DNA of 64,000 nt from assembly GCA_964568455.1 (NCBI GenBank), contig CAZMPJ010000007.1:9393-73392 (forward strand), given 5' to 3'. The position numbers were made by a program, and so were the translations under genes. The DNA comes from an uncultured bacterium (GTDB taxonomy: Bacteria; Margulisbacteria; WOR-1; O2-12-FULL-45-9). Below are positions 47,378-56,174 of the stretch, piece by piece; within the stretch, counting starts at the first letter, position 1, and each line of letters begins with the position of its first letter. Below the pieces are notes generated by a model that saw only the letters and a list, made by a program, of their open reading frames with translations, was not told the origin of the DNA and did not search any database.

Positions 47378-48552
47378 TTACCCGTGTACTTGAAATAGAC
47401 AATTTAGATGAAGCCCAAAAAGAAATGCTGAAGGTTGGTGTTAACCAAGGGGGCATTGATATTATGGGGCCCAAATCAATCTTTAGAGCGATTAAACTAA
47501 ACCGGCTGCCAACTACACCTGCTAATATTCTTAAACAAGAAATGTTGTCTTTAGGCGGGGAAGCAGCTACTGCGCAGGGAGTAATTAACCACTCAATTGA
47601 TATGAGCGATGTTTTACTTTTAGGTACAATGAAACAATATCAGCTGTTAATAGAAAAGTTAAAGCTGAATAAATTTAAGTTACCCGAATTAGCTGATGAT
47701 ATTCAATCGTCTTTAAATAATTATGATGCACCGGCCGTCAAAACAAAAATTATGGGAATTCTAAATGTGACTCCTGATTCTTTTTCAGACGGCGGCAAAT
47801 TTTTAAATCCAGAAACCGCAATTGCTCAAGCTAGGAAAATGGTTGAGGAGGGGGCAGATATTATTGATGTGGGAGGGGAGTCAACCCGGCCGGGATCTGA
47901 TCCTGTTTCTGCTGAAGAAGAGAAAAAAAGAGTTATTCCAATAATAGAAAAATTGTCAAAAGAAATTAAAGCTCTGATTTCTATTGATACTACTAAAGCT
48001 GAAGTGGCAAAAGCTGCGATTGAAGCTGGGGCGGGTATGGTAAATGATATTTCCGGATTAAGATTTGATAAAAATATGGCAAAAGTGGTGGCTGAAAAAA
48101 AAGTCCCAATTTGCATTATGCATATTAAGGGAACACCTGGAAATATGCATGATAATCCTGAATATATCGACTTGATGGGAGAGATTATAAATTATTTATC
48201 AGAAGGGCTTGAAATTGCAAAAAAGGCTGGTATACTAACGGGGAATATTATTGTTGATCCAGGAATTGGTTTTGGAAAAAGCGTAGAAGATAACCTTGAA
48301 ATAATCAAAAGGCTGAAAGAATTAAAGGTTTTAGGCTGTCCAGTTTTAATTGGGCCATCGCGTAAATCTTTTATCGGAAAAATACTCGGCCTGGATGTTA
48401 ATAAGCGTTTGGAAGGCACTATTGCTGCGGTGGTAATGGCCATTGCCAATGGTGCTAATATTGTAAGAGTGCACGATGTTGCGGCCATAAAAAAGGCAAC
48501 TGAAATTGCCAATGCAATAAATAGTAGTAAGGGAGGAGTTAAGCATGGCTAA
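47374..48552 (+). CDS. folP: dihydropteroate synthase with an about 120-aa N-terminal extension of unknown function
   Basis: Residues about 125-392 show pterin-binding DHPS motifs (GILNVTPDSFSDGG, DIIDVGGESTRPG, GASIVNDI-like MVNDISG). The N-terminal 120 aa are unassigned. Confidence 0.8.
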   Translation: MITRVLEIDNLDEAQKEMLKVGVNQGGIDIMGPKSIFRAIKLNRLPTTPANILKQEMLSLGGEAATAQGVINHSIDMSDVLLLGTMKQYQLLIEKLKLNKFKLPELADDIQSSLNNYDAPAVKTKIMGILNVTPDSFSDGGKFLNPETAIAQARKMVEEGADIIDVGGESTRPGSDPVSAEEEKKRVIPIIEKLSKEIKALISIDTTKAEVAKAAIEAGAGMVNDISGLRFDKNMAKVVAEKKVPICIMHIKGTPGNMHDNPEYIDLMGEIINYLSEGLEIAKKAGILTGNIIVDPGIGFGKSVEDNLEIIKRLKELKVLGCPVLIGPSRKSFIGKILGLDVNKRLEGTIAAVVMAIANGANIVRVHDVAAIKKATEIANAINSSKGGVKHG

Positions 48553-49204
48553 GAAGAAAAAGACAAAAAAACTCAAGAAGACTAAAAAAGTTTCTAAAAA
48601 GAAAGCTTTGAAAAAAAAGAAAGCCTCTCGACAAGCTCGAGGTAAAAAGAAAAAAGGCGGGGCATTAGTAGTTTGCTTAGGACTAGGTTCTAATGTTGGT
48701 GACCGAGAAGAATATATTGAACAAGCTATTTTCTTATTAGAAAAACATACTGGTTTGCAAGTTTTAAGGCATTCCAGTAATTATGAAACCGAGCCAGAAG
48801 GAGGAGTTTCTCAGCCTCCATTTATCAATGCCGTGGTTGCAATTAAAACTAAACTAGATCCCTATAAATTGCTGGATATTTGTCATGAGATTGAAGCAGC
48901 GTTGGGAAGGGAAAGGGAGATAGATAGAGGACCGCGTACAATTGATATTGATATCCTGCTTTATGGCAATGAAGTTATTTCTGATGATAAATTGCAAATT
49001 CCTCATCCTCTGATGCATGAAAGATTGTTTGTCTTAAAACCGCTAAGTGAAATTGCACCAAAACAAATTCATCCTGTTCTTGAAAAGAGGGTTAGTGCTT
49101 TATATGATGAGCGCAAAGCGGAGTTAGGCGGAACTTATGATGACGAGCTGCCAGGGTTTAAAGAGATTAAAGGCGCGTCTTTTGACGATTACGAGCGGTG
49201 GTAA
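48545..49204 (+). CDS. folK: 6-hydroxymethyl-7,8-dihydropterin pyrophosphokinase with a 40-aa lysine-rich N-terminal tail
   Basis: HPPK core (LGLGSNVGDR...ETEP...IDIDILLYG...PHP). The N-terminus MAKKKKTKKLKKTKKVSKKKALKKKKASRQARGKKKKGG has no alternative in-frame start further downstream. Confidence 0.82.
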   Translation: MAKKKKTKKLKKTKKVSKKKALKKKKASRQARGKKKKGGALVVCLGLGSNVGDREEYIEQAIFLLEKHTGLQVLRHSSNYETEPEGGVSQPPFINAVVAIKTKLDPYKLLDICHEIEAALGREREIDRGPRTIDIDILLYGNEVISDDKLQIPHPLMHERLFVLKPLSEIAPKQIHPVLEKRVSALYDERKAELGGTYDDELPGFKEIKGASFDDYERW

Positions 49205-49617
49205 AAACAAAGAGTGCCGAAGAAACGATTGAGCTAGGCAAAAAGCTTGGCTCTTCTTTAAAACCAAACACTATTATTGCTTTATCCGGACAACTGGGAG
49301 CAGGTAAAACCACATTAGTCCAAGGCATTGCTAAAGGTTTAAAAGTTAAAGATTATGTTAACTCCCCTAGTTTTATAATTATAAATGAACATCAAGGCCG
49401 ATTACCTCTTTTTCATGTTGATTTATACCGCTTAGATAGTGTTGAGGATCTTGGAATTGAAGAATATTATGAGCGAGGCGGAGTTTGCGTGATTGAATGG
49501 GCGGAAAAATTAGGCAAAGATGCTCCTCAAAATATGGAAAAGATAGCAATTAAAGTTCTATCAGAAAACGAGAGGGAAATATGCGTGTCCTCGGCATTAG
49601 CAGTGCGACTAAAGTAA
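49198..49617 (+). CDS. tsaE: tRNA threonylcarbamoyladenosine biosynthesis protein TsaE
   Basis: P-loop LSGQLGAGKTTLVQG. 139 aa. Confidence 0.85.
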   Translation: MVKTKSAEETIELGKKLGSSLKPNTIIALSGQLGAGKTTLVQGIAKGLKVKDYVNSPSFIIINEHQGRLPLFHVDLYRLDSVEDLGIEEYYERGGVCVIEWAEKLGKDAPQNMEKIAIKVLSENEREICVSSALAVRLK

Positions 49618-50162
49618 TTAGTATTGGTTTTATTGATGAAGACAAGGTTTTATTTGATAAAACCATTGCAGAACTGCATTCAGAAAAAATATTATATTAT
49701 GTTAAGCAAAAAGGTATTAAGCCCGAACAAATTGATGCAGTAGCGGTTGCGGCTGGTCCTGGCTCATATTCCGGTCTGCGTGGGGGGCTAGCTACAGCTA
49801 AACTTTTGGCTCAAACTTTAAATATTCCGCTAGTTTTAGTTTCCACCCTTGAAGCCATTGCCTATGATCAAGTTGATCAAGATGGAGAAATTACAGTTGT
49901 TTTAAATGCTAAAAGAGATGAATATAATTATGCTAAATTTAAAGCGGGAAAAGGCCAACTAATTCGCTTAACAGATGATTTGGTATCAACCATGGATAAG
50001 GTTGATATTGAAAATTCGATTGTCTTAAAAGAAATAAATCCGTTAGGTATAAATATTGCTAAATTAGGCTTAATAATGCTAAAATCAGGCCAGATAGAGG
50101 ATCCTCTGAAGGCGATCCCAAAATATTCACATCAACCGAATATAAGGGAGTATAAAAAATGA
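49581..50162 (+). CDS. tsaB: tRNA threonylcarbamoyladenosine biosynthesis protein TsaB
   Basis: 193 aa inactive Kae1/YeaZ-like N-terminus (MRVLGISSATKVISIG, AVAAGPGSYSGLR). Confidence 0.8.
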   Translation: MRVLGISSATKVISIGFIDEDKVLFDKTIAELHSEKILYYVKQKGIKPEQIDAVAVAAGPGSYSGLRGGLATAKLLAQTLNIPLVLVSTLEAIAYDQVDQDGEITVVLNAKRDEYNYAKFKAGKGQLIRLTDDLVSTMDKVDIENSIVLKEINPLGINIAKLGLIMLKSGQIEDPLKAIPKYSHQPNIREYKK

Positions 50163-51202
50163 AAAAGTTTGTAATTTTTGGATTGGCTATTGTTTGTTTT
50201 TTGCTGTTTGTTGTTTATGTAATGATTGGTTGTGGTTCAGCCGTAAGTCCCGCTACCACGACGACAACCGTTGCGACAACTAGCACTACTACAACCACCA
50301 CTAGCACAACCACAACTTCTACTTCATCGACTAGTACCAGCACAACAACTAGTACCACTCTTTCCGGAAGTTGGGAAACAAAAGCTAGTTTGCCTACAGC
50401 GCGATCTGCTTTGGCAGTTGGTGTGGTTGAGAATAAAATCTATGCTATTGGGGGAAATGCTGGCTATCAAGTAAATGAAGAGTATAATGCTAGTGCAGAT
50501 GCTTGGACACCAAAAACTGATGTGGATTTGGGAGGACTGGATTGGGGTGCTGGGGTTGTCAATGATAAAATTTATGTCATTGGTGGAACAATCCAGCCTT
50601 ATGGGGCCTGTGGAACAGTTGAAATATATGATCAACCACTTAATTCATGGTCTTATGGGACAGATATGCCAACGCCACGTACGGCTCTAGCAGTGGTGGT
50701 TGTTAATGATTTGATTTATGCTATAGGTGGCACAGATAATGAAGGCGCATTACTTGGGACAGTTGAAGTTTATTATCCAGCAACAGATACCTGGGAGGCC
50801 AAAACAGACATGCCTACTCCACGTGGTAGCCTAGCGGCGGCCGTTGTTAATGGTAAAATTTATGTAATTGGAGGAGATCAAGCAGACACGGTGGTCGAGG
50901 AGTATGACCCAGCATTAGATATTTGGACAACAAAAGCCAGTATGCCAACTGGTCGTTCTAAATTAGTGGTTGGAGTAATAGATAATAAAATTTATGCAAT
51001 TGGCGGAGGAATTGGTTCTTCAAATTATCTTTCTACAGTTGAAATGTATGATCCTGCATTAGATGAGTGGACCAATTGCACCCCTATGTCAGTGGCTCGC
51101 GGCCGTTTTGCAGTTGGCGTAGTCAATAATAAAATTTACGCTATTGGCGGAGAAGATAATATTGGAGAAAAAGTAGCAACGGTTGAGGCTTTTACACCCT
51201 AA
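50159..51202 (+). CDS. Kelch-repeat (six-bladed beta-propeller) lipoprotein with a Thr/Ser-rich linker
   Basis: Signal peptide with lipobox-like MIGC|GS, about 45 aa of T/S-rich low complexity, then six repeats of the KIYAIGG...W...P...R pattern. Coding GC is visibly higher than surrounding genes. Confidence 0.75.
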   Translation: MKKFVIFGLAIVCFLLFVVYVMIGCGSAVSPATTTTTVATTSTTTTTTSTTTTSTSSTSTSTTTSTTLSGSWETKASLPTARSALAVGVVENKIYAIGGNAGYQVNEEYNASADAWTPKTDVDLGGLDWGAGVVNDKIYVIGGTIQPYGACGTVEIYDQPLNSWSYGTDMPTPRTALAVVVVNDLIYAIGGTDNEGALLGTVEVYYPATDTWEAKTDMPTPRGSLAAAVVNGKIYVIGGDQADTVVEEYDPALDIWTTKASMPTGRSKLVVGVIDNKIYAIGGGIGSSNYLSTVEMYDPALDEWTNCTPMSVARGRFAVGVVNNKIYAIGGEDNIGEKVATVEAFTP

Positions 51203-51230
51203 AACCCATTTATGCTATAATCTTTTCATA

Positions 51231-51644
51231 ATGTTTACTATTAAGACTCTTTCTGATAAAGAACTGCCGGATATTGTTGCGATTGAAAATCTTTGTTTTT
51301 CTAATCCAAAGAGTGTAGAAGTTTTCCGTCATGACGAGAATAAGTATTTAATTGCCAAAGAAAAGGATGAAGTGGTTGGTTATATTGGCATAGAAGATAT
51401 TAGTGGCGAGAAACATATCATTAATATGGCGGTGCATCCGGGTTTTAGGCGAAAAGGAGTTGCTAAAAAGCTGGTTGAAAGAATTTTGAATGATAAAGAT
51501 GTTTTCTTTTTAGAAGTCAGGATTTCTAATCAAGCGGCGCAGAATTTGTACAAGAAATATGGTTTTGAGGTTGTAGGTATTCGTAAAAAATATTATTCAG
51601 ACAATAATGAAAATGCCTATATTATGAAACGATCCCCAATGTAG
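51231..51644 (+). CDS. rimI: ribosomal-protein-alanine N-acetyltransferase (GNAT)
   Basis: GNAT motif A (HPGFRRKGVAKKL). Follows tsaB as in the conserved tsaE-tsaB-rimI arrangement. TATAAT at about 51213 and ATG at 51231 (the track ORF starts earlier, inside the Kelch gene). Confidence 0.8.
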   Translation: MFTIKTLSDKELPDIVAIENLCFSNPKSVEVFRHDENKYLIAKEKDEVVGYIGIEDISGEKHIINMAVHPGFRRKGVAKKLVERILNDKDVFFLEVRISNQAAQNLYKKYGFEVVGIRKKYYSDNNENAYIMKRSPM

Positions 51645-52395
51645 GGCAATGCTTCGTAGGGCAAGGCTTCGTAGGGCAAGGCTTTTAGCCTTGCGAATAA
51701 ACTACTACGGGAATAATTATCATGAATGAAGAAATAAAACACAAGAAAAGGTTGCGTTTAAAATATTTTAATTATGAAGGTTATTATTCCTATTTTGTTA
51801 CCATTTGTACGTTGGATAAAAAAGAAATATTTATTGATAAATCAATTGTTAATCCGATTGTTGGTTTCCTGAAAGAGTTGAGCAGTAATTATAATTTTAT
51901 CGTTTATGCCTATTGTTTTATGCCAGATCATCTACATTTGTTGTTGCAAGGAAATGATGAAAAAGCCAATCTAAAGAAATTTGTTTCAATGTTTAAGCAG
52001 AAAAGCGGGTTTTGGTATAAGAAGAAGTTTGATGCTAAGTTGTGGCAAATTAATTATTATGAACATGTTTTAAGAAAAGAAAAGGCAATTAAAGAGATTG
52101 CCTATTATATTTTTGCTAATCCAGTGAGGCAAAAATTAATTGAAGATTATCGTGATTATCCGTTTTCTGGTTCATTTGAATTTGATATTAAACAAGGAAT
52201 CATTTAATATGTGGTTGGCGGAATAAGCAACCCTAAAAGGGTTGCCTTACGGGAGAGATTGATTCCAAACGTAGGGCAAGGCTTTTAGCCTTGCGGATAG
52301 ATGAAGGCGCAACCCTAAAAGGGTTGCCTTACGGGAGAGATTGATTCCAAATGTAGGGCAAGGCTGTAGGGCAATGCTTTTAGCATTGCGGATAA
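51641..52395 (+). mobile_element. RAYT (REP-associated tyrosine transposase) gene flanked by REP/BIME-like arrays
   Basis: Left flank holds three tandem gtagggcaa(g/t)gctt units ending in the hairpin gcaaggct-ttt-agccttgc. The right flank has two about 60-bp direct repeats, each with the hairpin gcaaccc-taaaa-gggttgc plus gtagggcaaggct and more gcaaggct/gcaatgct hairpins. Confidence 0.75.
51722..52207 (+). CDS. IS200/IS605-like Y1 transposase of the REP-associated (RAYT) type
   Basis: 161 aa. HuH motif MPDHLHLLL and C-terminal catalytic-Tyr region LWQINYYEHVLR...IAYYIFANPV typical of TnpA-REP. Confidence 0.78.
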   Translation: MNEEIKHKKRLRLKYFNYEGYYSYFVTICTLDKKEIFIDKSIVNPIVGFLKELSSNYNFIVYAYCFMPDHLHLLLQGNDEKANLKKFVSMFKQKSGFWYKKKFDAKLWQINYYEHVLRKEKAIKEIAYYIFANPVRQKLIEDYRDYPFSGSFEFDIKQGII

Positions 52396-54831
52396 ATGAA
52401 ACAAGTTATGGATATTTTAGAAGCATTAGAAAATAAAATATTGGTAATTGACGGAGCTATGGGTACCCAGCTTATGGATCGTGGTGTTAGCCCGCAAGAT
52501 TGCTTTGATGCCCAAAACATTAAAAATCCCAAAATAGTTGAGTCTGTACATCAAGCTTATGTTGAGGCAGGGGCGGATATTATTGAAACTAATACTTTTG
52601 GCGCTAACCGAATTAAGTTAGCTGAATATAAACTAGATAAAAAAGTTGAAGAAATTAATATTCAAGCAGCAAAAATTGCTAGAAATGCGATTGGCCAAAA
52701 AGGATTTGTTTGTGGGTCAATTGGTCCTTTAGGTCAGTTGATTGATCCTCTTGGTGAAGTAACCTTTGACCAGGCTTATGAAACTTTTGCTGAGCAAGCT
52801 AAAGCACTTGAAAAAGGTGGGGTTGATGTTATTTGTGTTGAAACTATTTCTGATCTTCAAGAAATGCGTGCGGCGGCTATTGCAGTTAAAAATGAAACTA
52901 ATTTGCCTTTAATTTGCAGCTTAACTTATGATCCGGGTGAAAAGACTATTTATGGTACTTCTCCCGAAGTAGCGGCAGCAGTTTTAGAATCTATTGGAGT
53001 AGATATTCTAGCGGCAAACTGTTCAACCGGGCCTGAAGATATGCTTAAAGTGTGCCGTAAGTTGTTAGCTGTTAATTCTAAATTAATAATGGCTATGCCT
53101 AATGCAGGGATGCCGGAACTAGTTGGCGATAAGGCAGTTTATAAGATGACTCCGAAAAAATTTGCAGAATATGGAGTTAAACTTGCCAAACTAGGAGTTA
53201 ATATTGTGGGAGGATGTTGTGGAACGGGACCGGAGCACATAAAAGAACTCAAAATCCAAATTTCAAAATCCAAAATCCAAATAAAACCTAAAATCCAAAA
53301 TCCAAAACTAAAATTTGCAAGTCGTACAAAAGTTGTGGAAGTGGAAGAAGGGAAGACTTTGCTGGTAGGAGAGAGGATTAATCCAACTGGCAGGAAATTG
53401 TTTAGAGAAGAATTACAAAAAGGGAAAATGCAGGTTGTGCGGCAGGAAGCAGGGGAGCAGACCAGGAAAAAATCTGACCTGTTGGATGTTAATGTGTCAG
53501 TGCCAGAAGTTGATGAACCGCAATTAATGCATGCAGCTATTAATATGGTTCAATCAGTTTCTGATCTGCCAATTTCTATTGATAGTCCTAGTGTAGCCTC
53601 TTTAAAACAAGGTTTAAAAACATTTTGCGGTCGGGCTTTGCTTAATTCGGTTAATGGTAAAAAAGAGAGTTTAGAAAAAATATTGCCTCTAGCCAAAAAA
53701 TATGGAGCGGCAATTATTGCTTTAACTCTGGATGATCATGGAATTCCAAATTCTGCGCAGGAAAGAGTTAAAATCGCAGAAAGAATTGTGCGTAATGCAA
53801 CAGAAATCGGAATTCCAAAGCAAAATATTTTTGTTGATTGCTTGGTAATGACTGCAGGGATTGGAACTCAACCTTGTCTTGAAACTTTAAAAGCGATTCC
53901 CATGGTAAAAGAAAGATTAGGAGTAAAAACCATTCTTGGTATTAGCAATGTCTCCCATGGTATGCCGCTGCGTTCTAAATTAAACGCAATTTATTTTCAA
54001 TTAGCAGTTGCTTATGGATTGGATGCAGCAATTGTGGATCCCACCGACCCGGAATTGCAGAAAGTTTTAAAAAGCAAGAAAGTTTTAAGCCGAGAGGCGT
54101 TATTAGCTAAATTTAAGTCAGAAGTGTTAAAGGCAAAGAGATCGGGTAAGCCCAGTGAGAAGAAAAGAGAGGCGTTGGTAAAGGAAATCCGGTTATCTGG
54201 TTATCCGGATATCCGGGACGCGGTAATTGAAGGCGATGTGGATAAGCTTAAAATCCTAATTGAACAGGCTTTTGCAAAGAAAATGAACCCGCAGAAAATA
54301 ATTGACCAGGGTTTAATTCCAGGCATGGAAGTTGTAGGCAAGAAGTTTTCTAAAAAAGAATATTTTCTACCTCAAGTAATTGAGTCAGCCGAAACCATGA
54401 AAAAAGGTTTTGAAATTTGCCAAGCCAAGATTCCTAAAGGTAAAGCTAAATCATTGGGAAAAGTTTTATTGGCTACGGTAAAAGGTGATGTGCATGATAT
54501 TGGGAAGAATATTTTAAAAATGCTTTTGGAAAATCATGGGTTCAAAGTAACTGATCTAGGCAAAGATGTTGCTCCTGAAGAAATAATTAAAGCAGCAAAA
54601 TCCGAAAAACCAAGCGTGATTGCGCTTTCCGCTCTTTTAACCACAACTATGGTTGAGATGGGAGCGGTAAAAGATGCACTTAACAAAGCTAAACTTAATA
54701 TTCCTCTTTTAGTGGGTGGGGCAGTTGTTACCAAAGGCTATGCTGATCGAATTGGCGCAAACTATAGCATGGATGCGGTGGGGGCAGTGGCGCTGGCGAA
54801 AAAGATTTTATTGTTATACAATAATAAGTGA
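52396..54831 (+). CDS. metH: cobalamin-dependent methionine synthase lacking the AdoMet activation domain
   Basis: Homocysteine-binding (IDGAMGTQL, CGG..GT), pterin-binding and B12-binding (DVHDIGKNI, GG) domains. 811 aa. Includes an in-frame low-complexity KIQ repeat. Confidence 0.9.
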   Translation: MKQVMDILEALENKILVIDGAMGTQLMDRGVSPQDCFDAQNIKNPKIVESVHQAYVEAGADIIETNTFGANRIKLAEYKLDKKVEEINIQAAKIARNAIGQKGFVCGSIGPLGQLIDPLGEVTFDQAYETFAEQAKALEKGGVDVICVETISDLQEMRAAAIAVKNETNLPLICSLTYDPGEKTIYGTSPEVAAAVLESIGVDILAANCSTGPEDMLKVCRKLLAVNSKLIMAMPNAGMPELVGDKAVYKMTPKKFAEYGVKLAKLGVNIVGGCCGTGPEHIKELKIQISKSKIQIKPKIQNPKLKFASRTKVVEVEEGKTLLVGERINPTGRKLFREELQKGKMQVVRQEAGEQTRKKSDLLDVNVSVPEVDEPQLMHAAINMVQSVSDLPISIDSPSVASLKQGLKTFCGRALLNSVNGKKESLEKILPLAKKYGAAIIALTLDDHGIPNSAQERVKIAERIVRNATEIGIPKQNIFVDCLVMTAGIGTQPCLETLKAIPMVKERLGVKTILGISNVSHGMPLRSKLNAIYFQLAVAYGLDAAIVDPTDPELQKVLKSKKVLSREALLAKFKSEVLKAKRSGKPSEKKREALVKEIRLSGYPDIRDAVIEGDVDKLKILIEQAFAKKMNPQKIIDQGLIPGMEVVGKKFSKKEYFLPQVIESAETMKKGFEICQAKIPKGKAKSLGKVLLATVKGDVHDIGKNILKMLLENHGFKVTDLGKDVAPEEIIKAAKSEKPSVIALSALLTTTMVEMGAVKDALNKAKLNIPLLVGGAVVTKGYADRIGANYSMDAVGAVALAKKILLLYNNK

Positions 54832-54845
54832 AAGGAAGGTGCAGT

Positions 54846-56165
54846 ATGCGCTTTACTTTAGCGTTAGTTTTGGTTTCTATTTTCTTTATAGCCCCGGCTT
54901 TTTCCCAACCGGATTTATCCCTGCGCAAGACTATTGAGATTGCTTATGAACAAAGCCCTACCATTTTAAAGGCCCAGGCAGATATGGAAGCGGCTAGAGG
55001 CCAAGCTGGTCAAATTGTAGCTGCTTATCTTCCTCAATTGGCGGTCAATGGGAGTTTGGGTAAGGCTTACTCAGAACCAACTAGCATGCAAATTACTGTT
55101 GGTGGCACTACTGCGGTTTATACTATGGGTATTGATGAACAAGCTAATACCAATAGTTATTCTGCTTCGCTCACGCAAGCTATTTTTGCAGGAGGAAAAA
55201 TCTGGAATAGTCTTAGTATGGCGCATAAGGGTTTGGATATTGCAGAACAAGAATACCGTAAAGTTTATCAGCAATTAAAATTCGATGTAATCAAAGCTTT
55301 TTACGAAGTGCAAAAAGCAGAAAAAATGGTTGAACTGGGAGAAGATTCGTTAGCCATGGCTATGCAGCATTTAGAATATGTTGAGTCCATGCAAGCAGTG
55401 GGCATGGTTACAAAAGCAGATGTTTTAAGGGCAAAGGTACAAGAAGCCCAAGCTAATATTGCTTATACTAAAGCAAAACAAGGATTAGAGCTAGCTAAAA
55501 ATGCTTTTAATGAAATATTAGGAAAAGATTTAGATGCAGAAGTAAATTTAGCTCATGAACAACTAAATATTGAAGCGATTCAAGTTTATGCTTACGAAGA
55601 TTTATTGCAAATTGCTTATACTGATCGGCCAGATTGGATTCAGTTTGAACTAGGCAAAAAAGTAGCTGAAGATGAGGTCAAAATTGCGGCTGGAGGATTG
55701 TTCCCAGCTGTGTCTTTGGTTGGTAATTATGATGTTGGTTCAACTCAATATTCTTCTTTGCAGATTAATAGTAAAAATTGGACAGCTGTGGTTTCTGGCA
55801 GCTGGAATTTATTTGATGGCACTGCTACTTTTAATAAAATGAGAGAAGCTCGTGCAAAACTAGATAGCCAAAAAGCACAAGAAAAAAGTGTTAAACGATC
55901 TGTGGCTGTGGACGTAAAAAACACTTGTTTCTTGCTTAAGAGTGCTAAAGAAAATCTTTTGAGTAATAAGACAGCCAAGGAATTAGCCGGGGAAAATTAT
56001 GAAATTGCAGAACTGCGTTATCGCTCTGGTTTAGGCAGTAATTTAGAAGAAATTGATGCGCAGGTGGCGTTGACTCAAGCTAAGGTTGATTATCTCCAAG
56101 CCGAACACGAGCTAAATTTAGCATTGGCCGGAGTTAATAAAGCTATTGGTCGCGATATTTACTAG
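54846..56165 (+). CDS. TolC-like outer membrane efflux protein
   Basis: Signal peptide (FFIAPAFSQ), two OEP repeats. ATG at 54846 follows an AGGAAGGTG RBS (the track ORF starts 18 nt earlier). Confidence 0.8.
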   Translation: MRFTLALVLVSIFFIAPAFSQPDLSLRKTIEIAYEQSPTILKAQADMEAARGQAGQIVAAYLPQLAVNGSLGKAYSEPTSMQITVGGTTAVYTMGIDEQANTNSYSASLTQAIFAGGKIWNSLSMAHKGLDIAEQEYRKVYQQLKFDVIKAFYEVQKAEKMVELGEDSLAMAMQHLEYVESMQAVGMVTKADVLRAKVQEAQANIAYTKAKQGLELAKNAFNEILGKDLDAEVNLAHEQLNIEAIQVYAYEDLLQIAYTDRPDWIQFELGKKVAEDEVKIAAGGLFPAVSLVGNYDVGSTQYSSLQINSKNWTAVVSGSWNLFDGTATFNKMREARAKLDSQKAQEKSVKRSVAVDVKNTCFLLKSAKENLLSNKTAKELAGENYEIAELRYRSGLGSNLEEIDAQVALTQAKVDYLQAEHELNLALAGVNKAIGRDIY

Positions 56166-56174
56166 GAGGAAAAT

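Noticed and set aside
50230-50370. ACN-rich low-complexity DNA in the Kelch gene, as a possible independent tandem repeat element
   Set aside because: It is in-frame and encodes a Thr/Ser-rich linker of the lipoprotein. It is not a non-coding repeat.
51641-52395. Possible CRISPR array, suggested by repeated about 13-60-bp units with hairpins
   Set aside because: The repeats are irregularly spaced, differ in length, are palindromic in the REP style and flank a RAYT transposase. There are no uniform spacers and no cas genes. I classified them as REP/BIME elements.
54716-54937. Small ORFs (54716..54937 plus strand, 54728..54928 minus strand) spanning the metH/TolC junction
   Set aside because: They overlap the 3-prime end of metH and the 5-prime end of the TolC-like gene in other frames. 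No support beyond an open frame.
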